DNA from: Vulcanimicrobiota bacterium
GTDB lineage: Bacteria > Vulcanimicrobiota > Vulcanimicrobiia > Vulcanimicrobiales > Vulcanimicrobiaceae
Assembly: GCA_963812155.1 (NCBI GenBank)
Contig: CAWETW010000003.1
Coordinates: forward strand, 448,001 to 512,000
Length of the DNA: 64,000 nt
Direction: 5' to 3'
This document shows positions 1 to 8,835 of the stretch, in pieces (position 1 is the stretch's first letter; each line of letters starts with the position of its first letter). Made by a program: the position numbers and the translations under genes. Under the pieces are notes generated by a model. The model was given only the letters and a program-made list of their open reading frames with translations, did no database searches and was not told the DNA's origin.

Positions 1-1004
1 CCTCCATGTCGAAAAACACGTCGCCCGGCGCCGGCGCGGGCAAGAGCGAGAAACCCATCGGCGGTGCGTGCTGGATCAGTTCGTGATGGATGCCGCCTTC
101 CTCACGCGCTCGCAGTTGAAGGCGCGCCTGACGGCGCAGCTTTACGAACGTCTCCGCACTCATGCCCTCGGGACGCGCGCCGTCGTTTGCGTGCGCGAGT
201 GCGGCGGCGCCCGCGATGCCGGCGGCTTCGAGTTTGGCAATTTGATTGCGCCGCATCCCAGCCACCAGGCTGAGGTGATCGTCGGCTCTTCGCTTGGCCT
301 TGCAGGCGTCGTCCCAGTCGGCAGATCGTGCAGTGGGTGATGCGGTAGGGATAGGTCGTCGCATCGGCCGCTTCGGTCCGCACGGGATCCTCGACGAACT
401 CGAGATAGCGCGATTTCAAATGCCGGTAATACGCGAGGTAGTCGTGCAGGCGAAAGCGTTCCTCGCTGCCGTCGCCGAGCACGATCGAGCCGTGTGCCGG
501 CATCACGCCCTGGATTCGCTCGAGGTGTTCGCCGTAGTTACAGAGCTGGACGAGAAAGTACGGCTTCGAGGCGAGCGCCAACTTCGTGTCGAGCACCTCG
601 TAGCTCCACGCACCGAGTTGCGACGGCCGTTCCACGCGGTGCAGAAAGTCCGCGTGTCCGACGAATGCGCCGTCGAAAAACGTCGCTTGATAGAGAATCG
701 GGACGCCCGCCGCCATCGCGTCGCGCGTCTGGCGTTCGGCGTCGTACAACGCTTCAAAGGTATTCTGCGCGCGCTCGAACGCAACGACGCCTTCGCTGCC
801 GTGCACCTCGCGAAGGCGTTCGAGGTGTCGTTCCTCGTGTTCGATGCCTTTTTTCCGAATGAGGTCGCCGCGCGGGTCGTCGACGGTGGGTGTCGTCAAC
901 TTCCCGCGCGCGACCAGCGCCTCCAATTCGGTCAGGCGTCTGCACTGCAAATAGTCGTTGAGGTCGCTCGCCGAATGGACGAGCCGCCCTTCGATAATTT
1001 GCAT
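1..1004 (-). CDS. TM0106-family RecB-like nuclease (N-terminal part; runs off left edge; one frameshift near 320)
   Basis: SASDL..YLQC start, YQATF..G.ADFL, YEVLDTKLA and QLCNY (RecB/PD-(D/E)xK motifs). After HCTIC the reading continues in another frame as DWDDACKAKRRADDHLSLVAGM...GDVFFDME, typical of this family. Confidence 0.85.
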
Positions 1005-1006
1005 GC

Positions 1007-1175
1007 GTCCTTCGACTACGCGCTACGCGCTGCGCTCAGGATGACACATACGCGCTACGCGCTGCGCTCAGGATGACACATACGCGCTACGCGCTGCGCT
1101 CAGGATGACACATACGCGCTACGCGCTGCGCTCAGGATGACACATACGCGCTACGCGCTGCGCTCAGGATGACAC
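1007..1175. repeat. Tandem array of five 32-bp units (TACGCGCTACGCGCTGCGCTCAGGATGACACA) preceded by GTCCTTCGAC; REP-like repeat family
   Basis: Units start at 1017, 1049, 1081, 1113 and 1145 (the last is 31 bp), head-to-tail with no spacers. The same GTCCTTCGAC...CGCTCAGGATGACACA element occurs at 55445-55488. Confidence 0.95.
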
Positions 1176-1180
1176 CATTC

Positions 1181-3010
1181 CTATTGGCAGCCTTGCGTCG
1201 TGTTCGTCACGACGTAATCGCGTGACTTGACCGTCTTATCCCAGCAATGGCGTCCGTCGTAGTTGTGGGTTGCGTACTGGTGACTGCTCTTGCCGTTCGA
1301 CGGCGAGTAGCCCGATGCGGTGAACGTCAGGACGTCGGAGCTGCGCACCTGGTCGAGTGCAATGAACGACACGGGTTCGATGCCTTCGTCGAGGCCGTCT
1401 CCGCGCTTGTTTTGGTCGACGCTCACGGTCTGCGTCGCCGAACTGGATCCCACGACTTGGTAGTTGTAGTCGAGCGTCAGCGGGTAGGTCCACCGGCTGT
1501 GCGAGCGATGCGTGCCGCTCGGCTGCGTCGTGACCGTGTGCGACTCGACGATCGTGTTCTGAACGATGTTCTGCAAGAACTGCGTCGCCGTGTCGTTGAT
1601 CACTTGCGCGTTGGAGAACGCCACGCGTTGCGTCACTTCGGTCTCGACGCGGCCTTGCGACGTGATGACGTAACCCTTGAGGCTGACCGGGTGCGTCGCA
1701 GAGACGTCGACCGTGCCGTGGGCGTCGCCCGACTGCGTGAACTTCACGTGCTCGACCACCGTTTGCGCGGGATCGAGTGCCGTGCCGTTGCGGATCAGAC
1801 CTCCGGTCACGTGCGACGAACCGTGATCCTCGTAGACCAGCAGCGCCCCGTTGGCCGAGAAGTAGCCGTCGGCGTTGAAGACCGAGACCGCGACCGTATG
1901 CGGGTTGCCGTCGTCGAGCATTGCGGCGAACGGCGTGAGGTTCACGCGGTACGGTTTGAAGTTCAGCGTCTCGGCGCCCGGCAGCGGAACCCACAAGTAC
2001 GGGTCGATGCCGCCCGTGTAGATCCACGGATAGACGGGCGCGACGCCGGCGGGCTGTCCGTCGATCGTCACCTCACCCTCGCGGAAGGCGGTGCTGCCGC
2101 AGTTATTGAGCTTCTGCGCGAGATCGTTCGGGAAGCACGTGTACCAGAACTCGTCGCCCGACTGCGATTGCAGAAAGAGGTCGAGGTACGCCGCTTCGAC
2201 GTTCTGCGGGAAGGTAAACGTGCCGGTCATCTGATTCGACGGCCCGTTGAGAAAGACGTAACCGCCGGTCGAGCTTGCCGAGAGCGGATAGACGGCATCG
2301 GCGGTCTGTGCCGGCGGAAACTCCAGGGTGGCGGGATAGAAATCGAGTTCCGCCGTGCCGAAAATCTTGCCGGTGTATTGCGAGTTGACGATGTTGTACA
2401 CCGAAGCCTGACCGGTCGACGCGTTCGCGAAGATCGGGGCGTACTCGGTGACGTCGCGCTCGACGTTCCATTGCGGGCTGGAGCTCGAGCCCGGCTCGGC
2501 AGTCGTGCCGAAGAAGACGTTCGTGCCGCCGATCCACACCGCGCCGGTGCGATCGTATTGCACGCCCGCGGTCACCCGGAAATGCATCTTGAAGACGATC
2601 TTGTTGTAGGGGCCGGGGCAGCCCGACGGCGGTGCGTAGTTGAACGGATGATCGCTGTAGTCGGAAAAATCTCCGACCGGAAGTTGCCCGCTCTGCAGCG
2701 GCGGCGTGTTCGGGGTGAAGAGCTGATCGACGCACGGCGCTTCGGCCGGGACTTTGACCGGCGGATACGGCGTCACCGGATAGCCGGCGCCGTGATCGGG
2801 ACCCATTCCCGACTTCGCAATAATGGATCGCAGCTTCAGCGCGCTGCGCGTCGGCGAGAGCGGCCCACGCAGCGACTGTGCGCCGGCTTGCATGCTCGAA
2901 CCGGGCGGCGTCGCGCCGCCAAAACTCTGTTGGCCGCCGCACGCCGCCAATGAGGCGGCGCACGCCATGGCCGTAATGCGTACGAAACGACCGCGTGCAA
3001 CGCTGCGCAT
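1181..3010 (-). CDS. Peptide-N4-asparagine amidase (PNGase A family) lipoprotein
   Basis: Lipobox LAAC; motifs GVQYDRTG, QSGDEFWY, AFREGEV.IDGQPAG.APVYPWIYTGGIDP..W.P. Start set at MRSVARG. Confidence 0.85.
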   Translation of the reverse strand: MRSVARGRFVRITAMACAASLAACGGQQSFGGATPPGSSMQAGAQSLRGPLSPTRSALKLRSIIAKSGMGPDHGAGYPVTPYPPVKVPAEAPCVDQLFTPNTPPLQSGQLPVGDFSDYSDHPFNYAPPSGCPGPYNKIVFKMHFRVTAGVQYDRTGAVWIGGTNVFFGTTAEPGSSSSPQWNVERDVTEYAPIFANASTGQASVYNIVNSQYTGKIFGTAELDFYPATLEFPPAQTADAVYPLSASSTGGYVFLNGPSNQMTGTFTFPQNVEAAYLDLFLQSQSGDEFWYTCFPNDLAQKLNNCGSTAFREGEVTIDGQPAGVAPVYPWIYTGGIDPYLWVPLPGAETLNFKPYRVNLTPFAAMLDDGNPHTVAVSVFNADGYFSANGALLVYEDHGSSHVTGGLIRNGTALDPAQTVVEHVKFTQSGDAHGTVDVSATHPVSLKGYVITSQGRVETEVTQRVAFSNAQVINDTATQFLQNIVQNTIVESHTVTTQPSGTHRSHSRWTYPLTLDYNYQVVGSSSATQTVSVDQNKRGDGLDEGIEPVSFIALDQVRSSDVLTFTASGYSPSNGKSSHQYATHNYDGRHCWDKTVKSRDYVVTNTTQGCQ

Positions 3011-3102
3011 CCTACAACCCTCCAAGAAAGACGGTAAAAGCGAAGCGATTCCGCGACGAACGCGCGGTTCCTACGACGCGACGAAGGGTGCTGCAGCGGA
3101 AA

Positions 3103-3125
3103 CCTGACGGTGGCTGTCATATATG
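3103..3125 (+). promoter_or_regulatory. Putative YafY/WYL operator CCTGAC-N6-TGTCATATATG upstream of the regulator gene
   Basis: TGAC..GTCA palindrome; the same framework lies upstream of the VOC gene (4531-4553, minus strand). Confidence 0.7.
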
Positions 3126-3142
3126 TGCGCTTGGATGGAATC

Positions 3143-4099
3143 GTGAAGGCCGACCGGCTCATCTCGCTCCTGTTGCTGCTCCAGTCGCGCCGCCGCAGCA
3201 CGGCGCGTACGCTGGCCGAAACGCTGGAAGTTTCGGAGCGCACCATCTACCGCGACGTCGACGCACTCGGCGCGGCCGGCGTCCCCGTGTACGCCGAACG
3301 CGGCAGCAACGGCGGCATCGCCTTGGCCGGCGGGTACCGTCGCGCGCTCACGCACTTCAACGAAGACGAGATTCGCGCGCTGTTCGTCTCGGGCGCGAGT
3401 CCGCTCGCCGATCTCGGCCTTGGGCACGGCCTCGATCGCGCGCTGGAAAAGCTGCGCGGCGGCCTGGCCGAAGTGCAGCGGCGTGCCGCCGAGGAGTCTC
3501 GCTCGCGCATTCATCTCGACCAGCGCCGCTGGAATCAAGAAGAGCCGTCGCGCGAAATGCTGACCGCGTTGCGGCGCGCGGTCTGGGACGATCGCCGTCT
3601 GCGCGTTCGCTACGAAGACCGCAACCGCAAGATCACGTCGCGGACGATCGACCCGTTGGGGCTGGTTTCGAAGGCGGGAGTGTGGTATGCGATCGCACGC
3701 GCCGGCGGCGAGATGCGCAGCTTTCGCGTCGAGCGCATTCGCGCCATCGAGGAGCTCCCCGAACGTTTCGAACGGCCGCAAGCGTTCGACCTCGAAATGT
3801 ATTGGCGCGAATCGACGCGCCGTTTCGCGCAGGAATCGCGATCCGAAATCAGCATCGCGACGATGCGCGTACGCGAGGATTCGCTCGAGCGCGTCACGGC
3901 GTCGTATTGGACGACCGAAATCGTCAGCGTCAACGACGGCGAGGCGGTCGTGCGCGTGACGTTTCCGGGTAACGACGCGGCCGTCGCTCAGGCGATTGCC
4001 TGGGTCGACTGCGCCCGCGTGGCGGAGCCTGCCGAGCTGCGCGACCTGGTCGCGGCGCGCGCCCGGCAGGCGTACGATGCGTACGGAGTTTCGCGCTAA
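3143..4099 (+). CDS. YafY-family HTH-WYL-WCX transcriptional regulator
   Basis: KADRLISLLLLLQ...LEVSERTIYRDVDAL (HTH_11), GVPVYAERG..GG, DPLGLVSKAGVWY, RSFRVERI. GTG start at 3143. Confidence 0.93.
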   Translation: MKADRLISLLLLLQSRRRSTARTLAETLEVSERTIYRDVDALGAAGVPVYAERGSNGGIALAGGYRRALTHFNEDEIRALFVSGASPLADLGLGHGLDRALEKLRGGLAEVQRRAAEESRSRIHLDQRRWNQEEPSREMLTALRRAVWDDRRLRVRYEDRNRKITSRTIDPLGLVSKAGVWYAIARAGGEMRSFRVERIRAIEELPERFERPQAFDLEMYWRESTRRFAQESRSEISIATMRVREDSLERVTASYWTTEIVSVNDGEAVVRVTFPGNDAAVAQAIAWVDCARVAEPAELRDLVAARARQAYDAYGVSR

Positions 4100-4479
4100 G
4101 CCGTCTTGCGCTGGTGAAGGATGATCCCGTTGCCCTCGGGATCGGTCGTGAAGGCCATATAGCAGACCGGCGTCTCGGTGACGTCGCTGACTTCGAGCCC
4201 GCGCTTGCGATAACTCGCCACCGCGCCGTGGACGTCGCTCACCGAGAACATCACGAAGCCGCCGGTAGTGCCGTCGTCGGGCTTCCAGACGCCGAACGTC
4301 GCGCCGTCGGAGAGCGTGAATTCGGCGCCGCGCGCCCCATCGTCGGTCTCGGTGGGAACGATGCCGAGGACGTCGCGGTAGAAGGCAATCGCGGCGGCGG
4401 GATCTTTGACGAGGTAGCCGGCGATGTCGATCCCGGTGATGGACGCGCCGTTCGTCTTCGGCTCGGAGGAAACGCTCAT
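4096..4479 (-). CDS. VOC (glyoxalase/bleomycin-resistance) family protein
   Basis: AAIAFYRDVLG and FTTDPEGN motifs; AAGGAG RBS before ATG at 4479. Confidence 0.88.
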   Translation of the reverse strand: MSVSSEPKTNGASITGIDIAGYLVKDPAAAIAFYRDVLGIVPTETDDGARGAEFTLSDGATFGVWKPDDGTTGGFVMFSVSDVHGAVASYRKRGLEVSDVTETPVCYMAFTTDPEGNGIILHQRKTA

Positions 4480-4530
4480 GTCGGAACTCCTTATCGGAAG
4501 CGTGTTTGTGTCAGAAGCATCGTAGCCCGG

Positions 4531-4553
4531 CATATATGACATCCGCTGTCAGG
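4531..4553 (-). promoter_or_regulatory. Putative YafY/WYL operator CCTGACAGCGGATGTCATATATG upstream of the VOC gene
   Basis: Shares CCTGAC and TGTCATATATG, with identical spacing, with 3103-3125. Confidence 0.7.
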
Positions 4554-4588
4554 ATGAATTCCGCCCCCGCGAGGAAAGGCTGGCGCCC

Positions 4589-5212
4589 ATGACGATTTCG
4601 ACTGCGCGCCCGGCCTTCGCAGCCTGCGCCGCGCTGCTGCTCCTGAGCGCCTGCGGGAACCACAACGTGACGACCCGCAGCGCGGGTGCGAGTGCCGAGT
4701 CCGCGGGCGGCACCATCATCGCTGCGACCGGTACGAAGTTCTACGGAAGACTGGAGCGGCCGATCGGTTCGAAGACGAGCAGGAACGGCGACACGTTTTC
4801 GATCGACGAAACGCACACCCGCAGCCCGGCATTGCGCGGCGCCATCGTCGACGGCCACCTCGAGGGTCTGCAGGCCGCAGGCGCGATGCGCAACCCCAAG
4901 ATGACGATCGTCTTCGACGATATTCGCTTGCCCGACGGCACGAAAGAGCCCGTGAACGTCCGGCTCGTCAACCTTAAAGCGTTCTCGCCGCAAACCCACC
5001 ACCTGCGCACCATCGGCATGATGATCACCGGTGCGATGGCGGGTCACGTGCTCGCTGCGCGCACCGACACGAAGCACGGCGCGCTGATGGGCGCGGCCGG
5101 CGGCTACGCGCTCTCGCAGACGCTCAAAACCGACATCGTCGTTCCGGCGGGAACCGTGATCGAGTTGAAGTTCCTCTCGCCCGTTCACAACGGCGCCGGC
5201 AGCAACTCGTAA
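4589..5212 (+). CDS. Hypothetical lipoprotein with Gly/Ala-rich (glycine-zipper-like) C-terminal segment
   Basis: Lipobox LSAC; GAMAGHVLA...GALMGAAGGYAL followed by DIVVPAGTVIEL. Confidence 0.65.
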   Translation: MTISTARPAFAACAALLLLSACGNHNVTTRSAGASAESAGGTIIAATGTKFYGRLERPIGSKTSRNGDTFSIDETHTRSPALRGAIVDGHLEGLQAAGAMRNPKMTIVFDDIRLPDGTKEPVNVRLVNLKAFSPQTHHLRTIGMMITGAMAGHVLAARTDTKHGALMGAAGGYALSQTLKTDIVVPAGTVIELKFLSPVHNGAGSNS

Positions 5213-5264
5213 AGCGGCGCTGCGAGTCGCCTAGTCCAGGCTCGATGCGGGTATAGAGTTCGGC

Positions 5265-7151
5265 ATGTTGGAGCGCGATTCGCACCGTTCGCCGGCCAGG
5301 CTCGCGCTCGCGCTGGGAGCGCTCGGCATCGTGTTCGGCGATATCGGCACCAGCCCGCTCTACGCGTTCCGGCAGTGCTTCTTTACCCAGCTCCACGTCG
5401 AGCCGACGCACGAAAACGTGCTCGGCATCGTCAGCCTGGTTCTCTGGGCGCTGATCCTGATCGTCTTCGTTCGCTACATCGGCATGATCATGCGCGTCGC
5501 GCACGACGGCGAGGGCGGAATCTTGGCACTCCTCGCGTTCGTCCTGCCACCGGTCAAACGCGGCGTGCTGCCGTCGCCGACGTGGCTGACGTTTCTCATC
5601 ATCCTCGGCGCGGGGATGCTCTTCGGCGACGGCATCATTACGCCGGCGGTGTCGGTGCTGTCGTCGGTCGAGGGCCTCTCCGTGGCGACGCCGGACGCAA
5701 AGCCGTTCGTCGTGCCGATCGCGGTCGGCATTCTGGCGGCGCTGTTCATCCTGCAGCGGCGCGGCACCGCGCGCATCGGCGCCGTCTTCGGCCCGATCAT
5801 GCTGATATGGTTCGCGACGATCGCCGTGCTCGGCGCGATCGGCATCGCGCAGCATCCGGCCGCGCTGTGGGCTATCGATCCTTCGCACGTCGTCCGCTTT
5901 TTCGCCCATCACGGCTTGGCCGGAATCGCCATATTCGGGGCGATCGTGCTGTGCGTCTCGGGCGTCGAAGCGCTCTACGCCGACATGTCGCATTTCGGCC
6001 GCAAGCCGATCGCAATGGCATGGTCGGCGGTCGTCTTCCCCGCGCTTGCGTTGAATTACATCGGTCAAGGTGCGGTCGTGCTTGCGGACGTGAACAATCT
6101 CGACAATCCTTTTTATCGTTTGACGCCGGCGCCGGCGCTCTACCCGGTCGTCATCATCGCGACCGTTGCCACGATCATCGCGTCGCAAGCGCTGATCTCG
6201 GGCGTCTTCACGCTCACCAAACAGGCGATCAGTTTAGGCTTCATTCCGCGCGTCACCGTCGTCTACACGTCGATCGTGCACCGCGGACAAGTCTACGTGC
6301 CGTTCGTGAACCGGCTGCTGGCCATTGCCTGCATCCTGCTCGTCATCGGCTTCCACAGTTCCACGCGGCTCGCGAATGCCTACGGACTCGCCGTCGCCGT
6401 GACGATGGTCGTCACCTCGATCGCCTATTTCGAAGTCGTGCGTCTGAAGTTCGGCTGGAGCTTGACGACCGCGCTGCTGACGACGGCACCGTTCCTCGGC
6501 GTCGAGCTGCTCTTCGTCCTCGGCGGATTGCCGAAGATCGCCGAAGGCGGCTGGATCCCGCTGCTGGTCAGCGCCTTCGTCTTCGTGATCGCAAGCGCGT
6601 GGCGTGCGGGACGGCGCCGCGTCGCCCAAGTGCAGGTCGAACAGTCGCAGTCGGTGACGGATTTCCTCGAGCACTCCGGCGATCGCATCGGCGTGCCTTC
6701 GCAGGGCACCGCCGTATTCCTCACCGCCGATCCCGACGGCATTCCGTTCGTCTTGCGCCATCATCTCGCGCGAACGCATAGCGTCGACGAACTGATCGTC
6801 TTGCTGACCGTCATTCCGACGACCGACCCGTACGTCAATTCGTCGCACCGCGTCCACGTCGAGGGGCTTTGCACCGGTCTGGTTCGCGTCACCGCGCGCT
6901 TCGGGTTCATGGAAAATCTCGACATCGCCCCGATCGTGGCGGCGTGCGCGCAGGTGGGCTTGTTACTCCACGGAACCGACACGACGTTTTATAGCGCGGA
7001 CGCGCAAATCGTGCCGCTCGACGAAGGTTTTGTCCGAGCTTGCTATCGTAACTTGTACGTGGTGATGAAAAGAAATGCGCGCGCGGTGACGGCGACGCTG
7101 GGAATTCCCGCCGACGCCCACGCCAAGTTGTGCATCGAAGTTCCGATGTGA
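5265..7151 (+). CDS. kup: KUP/HAK/KT potassium transporter
   Basis: GALGIVFGDIGTSPLYA, GEGGILAL, GDGIITPAVSVLSSVEG, EALYADMSHFG, GQVYVP, LANAYGLAV. Confidence 0.96.
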   Translation: MLERDSHRSPARLALALGALGIVFGDIGTSPLYAFRQCFFTQLHVEPTHENVLGIVSLVLWALILIVFVRYIGMIMRVAHDGEGGILALLAFVLPPVKRGVLPSPTWLTFLIILGAGMLFGDGIITPAVSVLSSVEGLSVATPDAKPFVVPIAVGILAALFILQRRGTARIGAVFGPIMLIWFATIAVLGAIGIAQHPAALWAIDPSHVVRFFAHHGLAGIAIFGAIVLCVSGVEALYADMSHFGRKPIAMAWSAVVFPALALNYIGQGAVVLADVNNLDNPFYRLTPAPALYPVVIIATVATIIASQALISGVFTLTKQAISLGFIPRVTVVYTSIVHRGQVYVPFVNRLLAIACILLVIGFHSSTRLANAYGLAVAVTMVVTSIAYFEVVRLKFGWSLTTALLTTAPFLGVELLFVLGGLPKIAEGGWIPLLVSAFVFVIASAWRAGRRRVAQVQVEQSQSVTDFLEHSGDRIGVPSQGTAVFLTADPDGIPFVLRHHLARTHSVDELIVLLTVIPTTDPYVNSSHRVHVEGLCTGLVRVTARFGFMENLDIAPIVAACAQVGLLLHGTDTTFYSADAQIVPLDEGFVRACYRNLYVVMKRNARAVTATLGIPADAHAKLCIEVPM

Positions 7152-8653
7152 AGCGCGTTCCATTGCCCGGATCGCACCGCTCGGTGTGGCCCGGCAGCCG
7201 CCACGCCGCGCCGATTACGTCGGAACGCGACGTGCTGTTGACGGCTTGGCTGCGCACGCGCAAGGGCGGCACGATCGACGCCGCGGCGGCGCGGGCGATC
7301 GGCAGCGTTCCGCCGTTGCAGCGCACCTACGCCGATCGCAAGGCGTTGGAAGAGCGGACGGCCGCCGATCCGGCCGACGTCGAGGCGCTCGGGCGCTACT
7401 GCGAAAGCCTCGGCATCACCGTCGGACCCGCACGCTGGCGTTCGCTGACGCTGAGCGCGCCGGTCGAAACGCTGGCCGACGCTTTCGGCGCCGACGTCGC
7501 CATCTTCGAAGACGAAGATTTGCGCCGCTTTCGCCATCGCTCCGGCGCATTGTACGTGCCGCCGGATATCGCCGCCATCGTGCGCGGCATCTTCGGCTTG
7601 CACCAATGGCCGCGTGCGCGCAGGCTGCCGCCGCTGCAACGGCACGCGACGCCGCTGCTCGCAAGCGACGTGGCCGCACGCTATGCGTTTCCCGATGCCG
7701 ACGGCAGCGGTCAGACGATTGCCGTCGTGCAGTTGAACGGAACGTTCGACGTTGCGGATTTTCAGCAGTGCATGGCGGCGCAGCACCTGTCCCCGGCGCC
7801 GCCCGTGGTCAAGCGGATCGACGACGCGGCGATCCGGCACGAACGGGCGACGCTCCAGGATCTCGAAGCGGCGCTCGACGTGCAAATCGCCGCGTCACTC
7901 GCTCCGGGCGCGCGCATCGTCGTCTACGAGGCGCCCAACGACGAGCGCGGCTTCCTCGACGCGCTGCGCGCGGCGATCTTCGACGCCGAACACGCGCCGT
8001 CGATTGTGTCGGTCAGTTACGGCTGGCCCGAGCGTTTGTGGACGCCGGTGGCGCTCGACATTCTCGACGATCTGTTTGCGGCGGCGGCGCTCGCCGGAGT
8101 GAGCGTTTTCTGCGCGGCGGGCGACAACGGCGCGGAAGTGGATGCCGGCGGACGCGCGCACGTTTTGGCACCGGCGTCGAGCGAGTTTGCGATCGCATGC
8201 GGCGCCACGTCGATCGCCGCCGATGCCGAGAGCGCCTGGGAAAACACGGGCGGCGGTTTCAGCGCCCGCCTCGAAGCGCCGGCATGGCAGCGGGGCGTCG
8301 CGGCGGTCGCATCGCGCTACGGCGTTGCAGCCGGCCGCGGTTTACCCGACGTCTGCGCGCAACAGTCGCCGGGTTATTACGTCGTGATGCAGGGCACGGA
8401 GTTGGCGATGGGCGGCACCAGCGCGGTTGCCCCGGTCTGCGCGGCGCTTGCGGCGCGGCTCAATCAGCGCATCGGCGCGCCGATCGGCTTCGTTGCGCCG
8501 CTCCTTTACGCGCCCGAAAGCGCGTCGTGTTTTACACCCGTCACGCAAGGCGGCAACGGCCGCTACGAAGCAGCGCCGGGATGGAATCCCTGCGCGGGCC
8601 TCGGCACGCCGGTCGGTACCGCCCTGGAAAAAGCGCTAGGCAGAGCTCCCTAG
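7148..8653 (+). CDS. S53 (sedolisin/kumamolisin) family serine peptidase with prodomain
   Basis: EAALD catalytic E/D, AAGDNG, GRGLPDV, GGTSAVAP catalytic Ser, GWNPCAGLGTP. GTG start overlaps the kup stop. Confidence 0.9.
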   Translation: MKRVPLPGSHRSVWPGSRHAAPITSERDVLLTAWLRTRKGGTIDAAAARAIGSVPPLQRTYADRKALEERTAADPADVEALGRYCESLGITVGPARWRSLTLSAPVETLADAFGADVAIFEDEDLRRFRHRSGALYVPPDIAAIVRGIFGLHQWPRARRLPPLQRHATPLLASDVAARYAFPDADGSGQTIAVVQLNGTFDVADFQQCMAAQHLSPAPPVVKRIDDAAIRHERATLQDLEAALDVQIAASLAPGARIVVYEAPNDERGFLDALRAAIFDAEHAPSIVSVSYGWPERLWTPVALDILDDLFAAAALAGVSVFCAAGDNGAEVDAGGRAHVLAPASSEFAIACGATSIAADAESAWENTGGGFSARLEAPAWQRGVAAVASRYGVAAGRGLPDVCAQQSPGYYVVMQGTELAMGGTSAVAPVCAALAARLNQRIGAPIGFVAPLLYAPESASCFTPVTQGGNGRYEAAPGWNPCAGLGTPVGTALEKALGRAP

Positions 8654-8832
8654 TTCATACACCCTAGGGCGTCGTCGCAGAACGCCTGGTGCGCGGCCTT
8701 GTAGGAGTGGACCGCTTTGTGCAGCTTTTCTTTGTCTACGCCGGGGTGCGCCGCGAGTTTGTGATGCAGTTCGTCGATCGAACGTCCGTGTGCGTCGAGA
8801 TCGGCGGAGGCTTGTTCGCGTGGGCTTGCCAT
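8650..8832 (-). CDS. Small hypothetical protein (60 aa, helical, His-rich)
   Basis: ATG 3 nt after the stop of the upstream STAND gene; natural-looking composition. Confidence 0.6.
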   Translation of the reverse strand: MASPREQASADLDAHGRSIDELHHKLAAHPGVDKEKLHKAVHSYKAAHQAFCDDALGCMN

Positions 8833-8835
8833 GAG

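Noticed and set aside
1017..1175. CRISPR array next to a Cas4-like nuclease
   Set aside because: Units are contiguous and identical with no spacers, there are no cas genes, and the neighbour is a TM0106-type protein.
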